Shown piece after piece: positions 30,155 to 40,881 of a stretch of 64,000 nt of DNA. The notes below the pieces were generated by a model that saw only the letters and a list, made by a program, of their open reading frames with translations, made no database searches and was not told the origin of the DNA. How positions within the stretch are numbered: the stretch's first letter is position 1; every line of letters begins with the position of its first letter. Origin of the DNA: Nitrospirota bacterium. Lineage in GTDB: Bacteria > Nitrospirota > Nitrospiria > Nitrospirales > Nitrospiraceae. A program made the translations under genes and the position numbers. The DNA lies in contig CAVPBK010000005.1 in assembly GCA_963701855.1 (NCBI GenBank), positions 32,001 to 96,000 of the forward strand. The letters are read 5' to 3'.

Positions 30155-30983
30155 TCAAAAAAGGCTCACGACAAAGCGCGCCGACACCAACAGTAGAAAT
30201 AACCCGAAGGCGATCTCCAGCTGTCGTTTCGACAGCCGGTGCGCCAGCACCGCCCCATAGGGGGCCGTGAAGCGTGAGACCGGCGCCATGATCGCGACGC
30301 CGAGCAGCGAGACGTCGCCAATCGAGAATGGCGGCAGCAGCGCCATCTTGGGCCAGCCCGCCAGGGCGAGGCCGATGGTGGCCGCAATCGCGATCTGCAC
30401 GCCGAGACTGGAGGAGGTTGCGACCGCGTTATGCAGCGGCTTGCCGTAGAACGGCTGGATCATGTTGGAGACCGAGCCGCCCGCCACGCCCATCAGCGAC
30501 GAGGTCAGCCCGATCAGAAAGCCAAAGCCGATCATCGCCGGGCGACCGGGAAAGTCGGTGGCGATGATCCAACTGTCGCGGCCAAACAAGAGCTTGATGG
30601 CGATGACCGTCATCGTCACCATGAACACGACCTTAAACACCGCGCTCGGCGCGAAATAGGCGATCACCGAGCCCCCCCGCGACACCGGCCACCGCCGGGA
30701 CGGCCCACTGCCTGATCACGTCGTTGAGTACCATGCCTTTGGCGCTATGCGTGAGGTAGGAGTGGATCGTGGTCGGGATGATGATCGCCATCGAGGTACC
30801 GACGCAGAGGTGCATGCGGACCTCCTCGGGCACGCCGAGGATTCGAAACATCTCGTACAGCACGGGCACGATGATGGCGCCGCCGCCGATGCCGAACAGG
30901 CCGGCGAGGATGCCGGTGGCGACTCCAGCAACCACGACGGCAGCAACGAGCAGCGCGATTTCGCCGAGTGGCATCCCCACCAC
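30155..30983 (-). pseudogene. TauE/SafE sulfite exporter, frameshifted at a G7 run (30672-30678)
   Basis: GLFGIGGGAIIVP, GTSMA in the 5' part. Second frame gives GVAGG, AVATS, APYGA. Confidence 0.82.
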
Positions 30984-31322
30984 GCTGTGACTCCATGAAG
31001 TGTGTCTTTCGATGCCGTGCGGCTGAAGATCAGCGACGAGGGGACGGTGCGATACAAGGCGGTGTCACCAACCCGTATCTTCTGTTGAGGCGTGCAGTGT
31101 ATTCGTGAACAGACAGAAATAGACGAAGATCATCTGGCCGCGCAATGCGCGATTTCCAACGTTCTCATCTCGCTGCCGTGGTGGTCCAAAATCCCCATTA
31201 TGTTCAAGAATCACAAGTGGCGGGAACCAAACGTTTTTAATGCGATACAGTGCAAGGTCCAAAACCAACAGTTTCTGGAAAGCTCTTCTCGTGAACCGCC
31301 ATCCCTAGGACAACTTGATTCT

Positions 31323-32513
31323 CTAATAGGCCCAAAATGGCCCAGCGCCGAGCACGGACGTTTTTCCACTGAGGCCGACATAGACCGTCCTGCCAAAAAA
31401 GAATGGCAGTCCCCAGTCAAACACCCCCGGAGAAAATGCTGGTCCGCCTATATTACTAAGGGCGGCATTCCCTGATTGTAGCAGGAGCGTGGGATCGACG
31501 ATCTGAAAACTGACTAGGCTTGACGGAGACCCTGATAACTCCGTGTTGACCGCCGAAAAGTTTAATGGAGTAGAAGGGCAGTATAGGAAAGATAAACTTC
31601 CGGAACACAGCGGGATCGACAACGACGAGTCACTGAAAAATATGACACTTGAGCCAGAATCGATGATCCCCATATTCTGCGTGCTGACGCCCTGGCTGGG
31701 ATGAAAGCGCGTCACGATTTGGCCCGATGAGTTGGTCGGCAACACCATGACCCCGGAAGGTTGATTGTTCGATGCTGTTCCGATGCCTAGGATGAGGGAA
31801 CCAGTCACGGAGGGGGATCCGCTGGCGGGCACAGATGGCAGGGCGACTAGAACCCCGTTGTTATCAACTGGCAGAAGTCCTATCGGATTCTGAACCTGTT
31901 GGGAAGCCGCGACGGCTACAGCAGCACAAGGGAGAGCCGCACAGGTGTAATAAGACCCGCTGTCGAACGGAAATAACCCAACACCCAAGATGCCATTGAA
32001 TCCGGCTTGTACAGGACTAGAGTCGACTACGCCCACACCGCAGATGTTCGAGGCGGGTTGCCCGGTGGAGGTGTATTGCCCCGCGAAGGTTGGATCGACC
32101 ACGTGGATCGGAACTAATACAGCCGGTTCCCCACCCAAAACGACGTCCACGGTGTGAACGGGCCCCCATTCAGTGCCGCTTCCAAAAAACATGCATTCAC
32201 CCAGGTTGCTCGATGCGAGTGGGATCCTCACCGCAGAGGCAAAAATCCGGAGCCCTGACGATCCTGTATCCACGAGAACATCTGCAATGGTTTGACAGTT
32301 TGAGGTACTGGGCTGGCAAATGGTGACTTGAGTGCAAAGTATATTGGCAGATGTGCAGACGGCGGCAGAAGAAGGGTCTATTGCGATCGCGAGGACATTG
32401 GGACCGGAAGGACCAGAAGGACCGGAAGGACCAGAGCTTCCGGAATTTCCACAACCCAGAAGAACCGTTATGGCAATCCCGAAAAGAACCGATCTGCATC
32501 CTGTCAGAATCAT
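31323..32513 (-). CDS. DUF3443-family lipoprotein, pepsin-like aspartic protease motifs
   Basis: Lipobox LLGC, VLVDTGSSGLR, NGILGVG, GSLILGIG, IIDSGSS, FDWGLPFFFGR. Confidence 0.8.
   Translation of the reverse strand: MILTGCRSVLFGIAITVLLGCGNSGSSGPSGPSGPSGPNVLAIAIDPSSAAVCTSANILCTQVTICQPSTSNCQTIADVLVDTGSSGLRIFASAVRIPLASSNLGECMFFGSGTEWGPVHTVDVVLGGEPAVLVPIHVVDPTFAGQYTSTGQPASNICGVGVVDSSPVQAGFNGILGVGLFPFDSGSYYTCAALPCAAVAVAASQQVQNPIGLLPVDNNGVLVALPSVPASGSPSVTGSLILGIGTASNNQPSGVMVLPTNSSGQIVTRFHPSQGVSTQNMGIIDSGSSVIFFSDSSLSIPLCSGSLSFLYCPSTPLNFSAVNTELSGSPSSLVSFQIVDPTLLLQSGNAALSNIGGPAFSPGVFDWGLPFFFGRTVYVGLSGKTSVLGAGPFWAY
32400..32434. repeat. 9-bp coding tandem repeat encoding a (GPS)n linker
   Basis: GGACCGGAA/GGACCAGAA repeated 3-4 times. 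Confidence 0.8.
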
Positions 32514-32977
32514 TGGATCATCTCTTTTGTCACTCTCGAAGGGAGGAGTGAGGGAATATAGGCTCTTCCTCGTATATCTCCCGGATGACCTCCCGTTTCT
32601 ACCACAACACGGGATCCCTGGATGCGGGCCATCCCGCGCATTCTAGGACCATTTGCTGCGGCAGCAGCGGCTGCCTCCTGGTACTCCTGAAAATAGGAAC
32701 CCAAAAGCGAGACCAAGTTTGGATGTCTTCTTCCTCTCCAAGCCACAGCAAAGACCGTATCTCCAGACACATATTCCCTCACCATGATCTCCGGTGTAGT
32801 GATCTCCTGGATGGTATAGAGCTGTGCCGGGATCATGCTCAATTGTCCGGCAAGTGCCACGCGATCCGTTTCCACAGAACTCACTGCTTCCCCCAAGACG
32901 GCCCAGGCTCTTGGGAGATCGACGATCACGATCAGACTGACTGCTACTGCCATCTCAAGCGCAAGCCGATGTTTCAT
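32510..32977 (-). CDS. DUF2844-family exported protein
   Basis: Signal AWA-VLG, VREYV...VFAVAWRG...P.L..LLGSYF, GRAYIPSLLP. Overlaps the DUF3443 start by 4 bp. Confidence 0.8.
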   Translation of the reverse strand: MKHRLALEMAVAVSLIVIVDLPRAWAVLGEAVSSVETDRVALAGQLSMIPAQLYTIQEITTPEIMVREYVSGDTVFAVAWRGRRHPNLVSLLGSYFQEYQEAAAAAAANGPRMRGMARIQGSRVVVETGGHPGDIRGRAYIPSLLPSRVTKEMIQ

Positions 32978-33620
32978 GACATGCCTCTGTCAGAAAAGAC
33001 CTGGCATTCCTAGACCTGGGTCAATTGCATTTGTTTTTGAGCCTGCAGAAGGATACGGCAAATGCCTTGGAAAAACGACCAGGGAATTATGAATTCACGC
33101 GCAGGATTTTGACCCAGCCACAGAGAACCTACCCCAATTGTTCCAGGGCACCACATGAATGCTTCCACAACCCTAGGTTTTGAAACTAGATCAGAAAACC
33201 TGGTTTCCAAGAGGCTGTACCCTCGTTTTGGAGGGGGTGTGCATGCAAGATCCTAGCGTACCAGGTTGCGAAAGGCATAGGCTGAACTGTGCCACTTGAT
33301 CACTTTCCAGCAACAGATCTCGGGTCAGACATGGGTAGTGACCTCTGAGGACCACACGGGGAAATAAAGATACCATTTCGCGGCGCGTGGCGGGCCTGCT
33401 CCTTCCCCACCCTCCCTTCACACAAGACCTCCACAATTTCAACCGTCGGCTCCTTGTCGTGGGACAAATGCGGAGGTGGTGCGGGGCAAGAGATCGATGC
33501 GCCTTATGGGGAAATGGTGAGCGGTCGGATTGCCGTGATCCAGGGTTCGTACCGTTTTCCATACCGCAGGGTCACTTCATAGCGAGGCTCGTTGCCCCTC
33601 CCCGGCCTCACCGTATCGCT

Positions 33621-34942
33621 TGACCCAAAACCCGAAAAGTAGGCCAGGGGGAACGTGAGGAAATGGCCGGCGACGTGGTCTTCTTCACCGGGAAGGAGGA
33701 CCCGACGATGGCACGACGACGAGGGCATACCGAGGAACAAATCCTGGCGGCCTGGCGGCACGCGGAGGGTGGCACAGCCGTAGCGGAGGTCTGTCGAGAC
33801 GTGGGGATTAGTGAGCAGACGTTCTACGTGTGGACACGGAAGTATGCGGGGCTTGGACTGAACGAGCTACGGGAGTTGCGACAATTGCGGGAAGAGAACA
33901 CCAAGCTCAAGCGCCTGGTGGCCGATCTCTCGCTCGATCGGCACATGGTGCAGGAGATGGTCCGAAAAAAGCTGTACGGCCTCGGGACCGGCGGGTCCTG
34001 GCCCGCTGGGCGCAAATGACCTATCAAGTCAGTGAGCGCCGGGTCTCGAGGCTGTTGCCGATGGCGCGGGCCTCGTTGCGGTATCAGGGGCATCGTGATC
34101 CGCAGGAGGCGTTGCGCATGCGGGTGCGCGAGGTGGCGGCGAGCCGAGTGCGTTTCGGCTATCGACGACTCACGGTGTTGTTGCGACGGGACGGGTGGCG
34201 GGTGAACGCGAAGCGAATCTATCGGCTGTACATGGAAGAGGGCTTGATGGTGCGGACCAAAGTCCGTGTACGAGCAGCACGAAGGAACCGCGTGCCCCAG
34301 GCCGTGGCCACGGCGCCGAACCAGCGGTGGAGCATGGACTTCATGAGCGAGCGTGTGGCGGATGGGCGCTGGTTTCGGATCCTGACCGTGGTGGACCAGT
34401 TCACGCGGGAATGCCTGTGTTTGGTCGCCGACCAGTCGCTTACAGGAGAGACGGTGGCGCAGGCGGTAGAGCCGGTGGTGCTCCAGCGTGGAGCCCCACG
34501 GGCGATTACCGTGGACAACGGGAGTGAATTTGCCAGTCGCGTCATGGACGCCTGGGCCTACCGCCACGGGATTCCGTTGGACTTTATTCGGCCCGGCAAG
34601 CCTGTCGAGAATGGCTTCATCGAGAGTGTCAACGGGCGATTACGAGATGAGTGCCTGAACGTCGAGGTGTTCTTCACGCTCGAGGATGTGCGGGAGAAGT
34701 TGGCTCGGTGGCAGGAGGACGACAACCTCTTGCGACCGCACAGCGCGTTGCAGGATCAAGCGCCGGCATCCTTTGCGGCTCAGTGGGCAGCGACCGCTCA
34801 AACCCTCCATGCTCCCCAGGTCTTGTTGGAGACACTCACGTGAGGTATGTTAGGTTTGCATCGCCGCTGAAGCGGCTCAACCCGATCACGCGCAGGCCAA
34901 ATCCTCAGGTGCTAGATCGGTCTAGTTTCGTGGGGCGGGTCA
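33621..34942 (+). mobile_element. IS3-family insertion sequence (orfA from 33708, A6G slippery site 33965-33971, orfB to 34843)
   Basis: TG...CA ends with imperfect IRs (TGACCCAAAACCCGAAA versus reverse complement TGACCCGCCCCACGAAA). DDE motifs WSMDF, DNGSEF, ES.NGRLRDECLN. Confidence 0.92.
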
Positions 34943-34995
34943 AATTCGGCCCGACCCTAACATACAGGGTGGACCGGTTTAAGGGGGCTAGGTCA
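34943..34995 (-). mobile_element. Isolated left end of another IS3 element
   Basis: TTCGGCCCGACCCTAACATACAGG...GGTTTAAGGGGGCTAGGTCA resembles 51181-51231. Confidence 0.65.
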
Positions 34996-35025
34996 AGGTG
35001 GAGAGTGTACCGGTGTTGAGCCACA

Positions 35026-36276
35026 TTACTTCTTAGCCCGTAACTCATTGTCCAGGTGTTCTGCTTCTGTGATTTGGGCTGAACTCATCTTGGACGCGAC
35101 AACGCTCCGAAGTTCCATCGCATCCTGATGGCCTTGTCCCCCAGCACGGCTAAACCAGACATAGGCCTGAACATAGTTCTGAACCACTCCATAACCATTC
35201 GCATAGAGGAGTCCGAGGTTGACTTGCGCTGTTGCGTCCCCTTGATCAGCCGCGCGACGGAACCAGTGCTCCGCCTGCCGGTAATCTTGTAAGACCCCTC
35301 GGCCTCTTGCATACAGCAGTCCCAGATTGAGTTGCGCTAGGGGATTCCCTTGATCAGCCGCGAGACGGAACCAATGTTCCGCGTGCTGGTAATCCTGCTG
35401 GACGCCATGGCCTTTGGCATACATGAAGCCTAGGTGGGCTTGCGCTGTAATATTTCCCTTGTGAGCTGCCTGGCGTAACCAGCGGGCGGCTTCCGCATAA
35501 TCCTGTCTGACGCCCAAGCCCTTCGCATAGAGCAGCGCGAGGTTGACCTGCGCAGAATCATTGCCTTGATGAGCGGCCAGTTCGTACCACCGCCTCGCCC
35601 TAAAGTAGTTCTGCGGGACTCCGTCACCCTGCGCATACATGAGGCCGAGGTTGAACTGTGCACGATCATGTCCCTTCTGAGCTGCCTGGAGTAACCAGCG
35701 GGCGGCCTCCGTGTAATTCTGCGGAACACCCAGGCCCTTGGTGTACAAGTACCCTATGTTGATCTGAGCGATCACATTCCCTTGATCGGCTGCTCGGAGG
35801 AACCAATGGGCAGCCTCGGTGTAATCCCGGGCAACACCTTGACCTTGGATGTACAGAAGAGCCAGGTTCAACTGTGCAGGGCCATGTCCCTGGTCGGCTG
35901 CCAGACGGAACCAGCGGGCGGCTTCCGCATAATCCTGTGTGACGCCAAGGCCCTCATCGTAAAGGACCCCCAAGTTGAACTGAGCCGCACTATTTTCTTG
36001 GGAGGCCGCCAGGAGAAACCACCGTGCCGCTTCTGCATAGTCATGCGAGACACCCTCGTGGTGGGCAAACATATAGCCCAGCATGAACTGAGCGAACGAG
36101 TCCCCTTGATTCGCCAGTGAGTGAAACTCCTTGAATGCAGTCTGATACTCATGACGGTCATAGGCTGCTAACCCGGCGGGCATGTCTGCCCAGGATTGCA
36201 TAGCCAGAGTGGTCAAAAGAACAATTGAAGTCATCAATATAGTCACGGTCCGTCGCATCACCATGGTTGGTGCCAA
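35026..36276 (-). CDS. Secreted Sel1-like repeat protein
   Basis: Signal peptide plus about ten 36-aa AQFNLG..Y..G.GV.QDY.EA..W...AA.QG repeats. Confidence 0.94.
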   Translation of the reverse strand: MAPTMVMRRTVTILMTSIVLLTTLAMQSWADMPAGLAAYDRHEYQTAFKEFHSLANQGDSFAQFMLGYMFAHHEGVSHDYAEAARWFLLAASQENSAAQFNLGVLYDEGLGVTQDYAEAARWFRLAADQGHGPAQLNLALLYIQGQGVARDYTEAAHWFLRAADQGNVIAQINIGYLYTKGLGVPQNYTEAARWLLQAAQKGHDRAQFNLGLMYAQGDGVPQNYFRARRWYELAAHQGNDSAQVNLALLYAKGLGVRQDYAEAARWLRQAAHKGNITAQAHLGFMYAKGHGVQQDYQHAEHWFRLAADQGNPLAQLNLGLLYARGRGVLQDYRQAEHWFRRAADQGDATAQVNLGLLYANGYGVVQNYVQAYVWFSRAGGQGHQDAMELRSVVASKMSSAQITEAEHLDNELRAKK

Positions 36277-36491
36277 TGCGTATGTTTTATAGTGTCATCG
36301 GGCGTGAAGGCGCATCACAGCTCGGATGAGCACTGGATTGAAATGAGCTTGTCTGGGAAGGGAGTGATCCCATGAGCCGGCCTCTATGATTAATCCTGGT
36401 CTTGATCCATGAACAAGTGAGGAACATCTGATTTTGTAGTGGACACGGAGAGTCCTTCCCAATCCACACCCGGTCATGTCGAGAACGTAGC

Positions 36492-37871
36492 TTATCTGGA
36501 TACCTGTGGGTTGTGCCAACCACCCTCGATGAGCCGATCCGCTTCGTGCGGACCCCAGGTGTGTGACTCGTACTCGTGTAAGGGCATCGGGATGTCGAGA
36601 ATCGGCTGCACAACGCGCCAAGCGGCTTCGACCCCATCCGCGCGGGCAAAGAGCGTGGCATCGCCCTTCATTGCGTCTCCCAGGAGACGCGCATAGGGAT
36701 CCATCTCGTCACCGGAGCTCTGTCGCGCGACCAGTTCCACGCGCTCGCCCACCATCGCCTCTCCCGGCACTTTGCTGTTGGCGCCCAAGGCGATTCTCAT
36801 GTCGGGGCTGAGCCGGAAGCGAACAGAGTTCGGGAACGGTGGGACGATCTCATCCAACACCGGCCAACATGGCCGTTTGAACTCCACCAGGACTTCGGTG
36901 GCCGTAACCGGAAGGCATTTCCCAGTGCGCACGTAGAAGGGCACTCCAGCCCACCGCGCATTGTCGATATAGCATCGCAGTGCGGCGAATGTCTCGACCT
37001 GGGAGTCAGGAGCCACGCCACTCTCGTGGCGGTAGCCCTGGAACTGTCCCCGGACCACATTCGAAGGACTGAGCGGCCGGATCAACTTTAGGATGTTCAC
37101 CCGTTCTTCCCGAATCGATGCATGATCTTTCCCTGGCGGCTGTTCCATCGCCAGGCAAGCTATCACCATCAGCAGATGATTTTGCACCACGTCGCGAATC
37201 GCGCCCACCTCCTCATAGAACGAGCCTCGACCGGCCACTCCGAACTGCTCGGCCATGGTGATCTGCACGCGTTGGATGGAGTGGCGATTCCATCCGGCCT
37301 CAACGAACGGATTGGCGAAGCGGAAGTAGATCAAGTTCTGGACCGGTTCTTTCCCGAGGTAATGGTCGATGCGGAAAATGGCGTGATCCGGGAAATAGGC
37401 GCGGAGCATGCGGTTCAGCGTCTGCGCTGAGAGTAGGTTTCGTCCGAAGGGTTTCTCCACAACCACGCGAGCCCCATCAACGCCGCCTGACGCGGCCAAC
37501 CCCTCAATCACGGTCGTGAATAGGCTGGGCGGTATGGCCAGGTAATAGAGGGGCCGCGTAGCGGAACCGAGTGCCGTGCGTAGGCGTGCAAAGGTAGTAG
37601 GGTCCCGGTAGTCGCCGCTGACATACCGCAGCGATTCAAGCAGGCTGGCCGAAGCCTGGGGATCGACGCCCCCATGGCGTTCAAGGTTTTCGCGGACCTG
37701 GGTTCGTATCTGCTCCGGCATCCGCTCGGGCTTGGCGACCCCAATGACAGGTCCCTTGAGATGGCCACGGCGCACTAACGCCTGTAGGGCTGGAAGGATC
37801 TTCTTCGCTGCGAGATCGCCTGTGAACCCAAAGACGACGAGCGCATCCGACGGTTCGGTGGCCATAGTCAT
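36492..37871 (-). CDS. zwf: Glucose-6-phosphate 1-dehydrogenase
   Basis: GFTGDLA, EKPFG, RIDHYLGKE, DVVQNH, RTGK. Confidence 0.95.
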   Translation of the reverse strand: MTMATEPSDALVVFGFTGDLAAKKILPALQALVRRGHLKGPVIGVAKPERMPEQIRTQVRENLERHGGVDPQASASLLESLRYVSGDYRDPTTFARLRTALGSATRPLYYLAIPPSLFTTVIEGLAASGGVDGARVVVEKPFGRNLLSAQTLNRMLRAYFPDHAIFRIDHYLGKEPVQNLIYFRFANPFVEAGWNRHSIQRVQITMAEQFGVAGRGSFYEEVGAIRDVVQNHLLMVIACLAMEQPPGKDHASIREERVNILKLIRPLSPSNVVRGQFQGYRHESGVAPDSQVETFAALRCYIDNARWAGVPFYVRTGKCLPVTATEVLVEFKRPCWPVLDEIVPPFPNSVRFRLSPDMRIALGANSKVPGEAMVGERVELVARQSSGDEMDPYARLLGDAMKGDATLFARADGVEAAWRVVQPILDIPMPLHEYESHTWGPHEADRLIEGGWHNPQVSR

Positions 37872-38145
37872 CTTCCTTTCAGTCCAGCGTCCCCCTCCGC
37901 AGGCTCACTGAGCGCGTACCACATGGCAGAGAAAACGAGGGCGGCGATGATCTAGCATCCTCCATCGAAGCGGGGACGATGTATTGAGGCGGTTGATAGT
38001 CGGCGCCAGATCAACGTGCGGCAACCAGTCACCACGAGCCGACACAGTGAGCGCCTGTAGCACCAGACCGCTGCATTGCACGTAGGCGAGAAGAATGTGT
38101 GACGTTTCTGGCCTTGATCGCTCACCCATCATGTGTATACGACCT

Positions 38146-39363
38146 TCAACGTGAACCATATTCCTGTGGCGCCGGATCTTCCTGTGCTGCGGGCGCGTCC
38201 GCTGTGACGAGGTCGTACCCGCGCTCCGGCGTCACGACGCGCACCTTGGCGTCATCACGCAACGCGGCGCTCGGGTTATTCACGATGCGGTCGCTCGCGG
38301 AAATCCCCTCTGCGACTTCGATGACGTTGTCGAGGAGTTTGCTCACGATGATTGATTTCAAATGCACGCGGTCGTTCTCCGTCACCACGGCCACTTGTGA
38401 GCCATGCTCCTGGAACACCAAGGCGGTGGAAGGAATCGTGGTGACTTGCCTATCGACCGGCGCTGTAAGCTGGACCCGGGCATTGGAGCCGGGCCAGAGT
38501 GTTCGGTCTTCATTCTCGATCGTAAACACCGTTACCGCAGTACGCGTGCTCGCATCGAACCCGCGGGCGACGGCTAGGAATTTCGCGGTGAAATGACGAT
38601 TGGGCAATTGCGGCACGGTGACGACGGCTGTGAGGCCTGGCTGAAGGAAGGGCCCGAACGACTCCGGCACGCTGACGAAGAGGCGCAGCATATGGACATC
38701 AGCCACCGTAAAGAGGTTGGGGATCGCATTGGTGGTACCGAGAGCGCCTTCCGTACTGACCAAGTCACCGACGTTGATGTTGCGCTGGGTCACTACCCCG
38801 TCGAAGGGCGCCACGATCGTCTTGAACCGAATGAACGCCTCGATGTTCTTGACCTTTTGTTCCGCTGCTCTGACTACCGCTGCCTGGACTTTCAAGTTTT
38901 GTTCTCGCACTGCAATCGACTGCTCGGAGCCCGCATGATTTTGGCGCAGTGCCACCCAACGTTTAGCGGTCACCTCGGCGAGCCGATACTTGGCGCGTTC
39001 CGTGTCCAGATCTGCCCTGGCTTGCGCAAATTCTGTGTCGAGATCCGGCGCGTTGATTTCGGCGAGGACCTCGCCTCTCTTGACCTGGGCTCCATAGTCC
39101 TTGAACCACCTCTTCACATAGCCCGTGACTTGTGCATACATCGGAGCCTCATACCACCCCACGATATTGCCGGCAAGCGTAATGGTCTCGGTCGGCAGCC
39201 CCGGCTTTGGATAGACGACGGACACAGTGGGGACGGCGTCTTCGAGCGTCTGCTCGTTCACCAACGTAGCGTCGAGGTTCTCCGCATAGATCCGATAGCC
39301 AAGGAACAGAGCGCATAGCAGGATGGCTGAGATTGTGACGTGTCTTCCTCGAAGGGTCTTCAT
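38146..39363 (-). CDS. RND periplasmic adaptor (MFP), copy 2
   Basis: TM anchor, G.QVKRGEVLAEI, APFDGVVTQRN. Highly similar to 39670-40881. Confidence 0.92.
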   Translation of the reverse strand: MKTLRGRHVTISAILLCALFLGYRIYAENLDATLVNEQTLEDAVPTVSVVYPKPGLPTETITLAGNIVGWYEAPMYAQVTGYVKRWFKDYGAQVKRGEVLAEINAPDLDTEFAQARADLDTERAKYRLAEVTAKRWVALRQNHAGSEQSIAVREQNLKVQAAVVRAAEQKVKNIEAFIRFKTIVAPFDGVVTQRNINVGDLVSTEGALGTTNAIPNLFTVADVHMLRLFVSVPESFGPFLQPGLTAVVTVPQLPNRHFTAKFLAVARGFDASTRTAVTVFTIENEDRTLWPGSNARVQLTAPVDRQVTTIPSTALVFQEHGSQVAVVTENDRVHLKSIIVSKLLDNVIEVAEGISASDRIVNNPSAALRDDAKVRVVTPERGYDLVTADAPAAQEDPAPQEYGSR

Positions 39364-39376
39364 ATTATGGATCCTC

Positions 39377-39582
39377 CTATTGGCGAATGATTCGCTGGGT
39401 ATAGAAGATCGCATACACGCAGGGCACGAAGAACAGGGTAAAAACGGTGGCGACGAGCAATCCGTCGATGACGGCGAGGCCCAGTGACGCATTCTGGGAG
39501 TAGCCCGTCACCATGGGGACCATCCCGAAAATCATGGCCAGGGCAGTTATGAGGACCGGACGGAAGCGGGTCGTTCCGGCCA
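39377..39582 (-). pseudogene. Duplicated 3' remnant of the RND permease
   Basis: AGTTRFRPVLITALAMIFGM...FTLFFVPCVYA repeats the C-terminus of the 40878 ORF. Confidence 0.88.
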
Positions 39583-39669
39583 TATCCAGCTGAGGTAGGT
39601 GGAGAGCATTGCTGGTGCCGTTTCCCACGCGAGTGTTACTACCTGTCGGCTGGAATGTCATAGGGGTGG

Positions 39670-40881
39670 CTATGAGTGTTGCTTTGGTACAACTGTTTCT
39701 GCTGCCGTTCCTTCTCCAGTGACGAGGTCGTACCCCGGAGCGGGCGTCACGATGCGTACCTTGGTGTTATCGCGCAATCCGGCGTTCGGGTTGTTCACGA
39801 TGCGGTCGCTCGCGGAAATCCCCTCTGCGACTTCGACGACGTTGCCGAGAAATTTGCTCACGGTGATTGGTTTCAAGTGCACTCGGTCGTCCTCCGCCAC
39901 CACGACCACTTGTGTGCCATGCTCCTGGAACACCAAGGCGGTGGAAGGAATCGTGGTGACTTGCCTATCGACCGGCGCTGTAAGCTGGACCTGGGCATAG
40001 GAGCCGGGCCAGAGTGCTCGGTCTTCATTCTCGATCGTAAACACCGTTACCGCAGTACGCGTGCTCACATCGAACCCACGGGCGACGGTCAGGAAGGTCG
40101 CGGTGAAATGACGATTGGGCAGTTGCGGGACAGTCACGTCGGCCGTCAGGCCCGATTGGAGGAACGGTCCGAACGACTCCGGCACGCTGACGAAGAGGCG
40201 CAGCATATGGACTTCGGCCACCGTAAAGAGGTTGGTCTTCGCATTGGGGGTACTGAGATTGCCTTCCTTACTGACCAAGTCACCAACGTTAATGTTGCGC
40301 TGGGTCACCACCCCGTCGAAGGGCGCCACGATCGTCTTGAACCGAATGAACGCCTCGATGTTCTTGATCTTTTGTTCTGCCGCCCTGACCACCGCTGCCT
40401 GAGCTTTCAGGTTTTGTTCCTGGATCGTGATCGACTGCTCGGAGACCGCATGACTTGAGCGCAACGCCACCCAGCGTCGTGCAGTCACCTCGGTAAGCCG
40501 ATACTTGGCGAGCTCCGTGTCCAGATCCGCCTTGGTCTGCGCATAGTCGGCGTCGAGATCCGGCGCATTGATTTCGGCGAGGACCTCGCCTTTCTTGACC
40601 TGAGCTCCGTAGTCCTTGTACCACATGTTCACATAGCCCGTGACTCGCGCATAGATCGGCGCCTCGAACCAGCCCACGATATTGCCGGGGAGCGTAATGG
40701 TCTCGGTCGGCGCCCCCAGCGTTGGATGGACGACGGCCACGGTGGGGACCGCGTCTTCGAGCGTCTTGTGGAGCAACGCCGTGGCGTCGTCGCCGCTCGC
40801 AAGGATTCGAAGGACGAAATAGAGCACACACAGCAGGATCGCTGAAAGAGCAATGCGTTTTGCTTTGGGTGACTGCATCAT
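39670..40881 (-). CDS. RND periplasmic adaptor (MFP), copy 1
   Basis: Same motifs as copy 2. ATG overlaps the RND stop codon. Confidence 0.92.
   Translation of the reverse strand: MMQSPKAKRIALSAILLCVLYFVLRILASGDDATALLHKTLEDAVPTVAVVHPTLGAPTETITLPGNIVGWFEAPIYARVTGYVNMWYKDYGAQVKKGEVLAEINAPDLDADYAQTKADLDTELAKYRLTEVTARRWVALRSSHAVSEQSITIQEQNLKAQAAVVRAAEQKIKNIEAFIRFKTIVAPFDGVVTQRNINVGDLVSKEGNLSTPNAKTNLFTVAEVHMLRLFVSVPESFGPFLQSGLTADVTVPQLPNRHFTATFLTVARGFDVSTRTAVTVFTIENEDRALWPGSYAQVQLTAPVDRQVTTIPSTALVFQEHGTQVVVVAEDDRVHLKPITVSKFLGNVVEVAEGISASDRIVNNPNAGLRDNTKVRIVTPAPGYDLVTGEGTAAETVVPKQHS

Noticed and set aside
31000..31066. Possible IS91-type transposase fragment (LKISDEGTVRYKA)
   Set aside because: Too short to support.
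35100..36130. 108-bp periodic DNA repeats
   Set aside because: Fully explained by Sel1 protein repeats.
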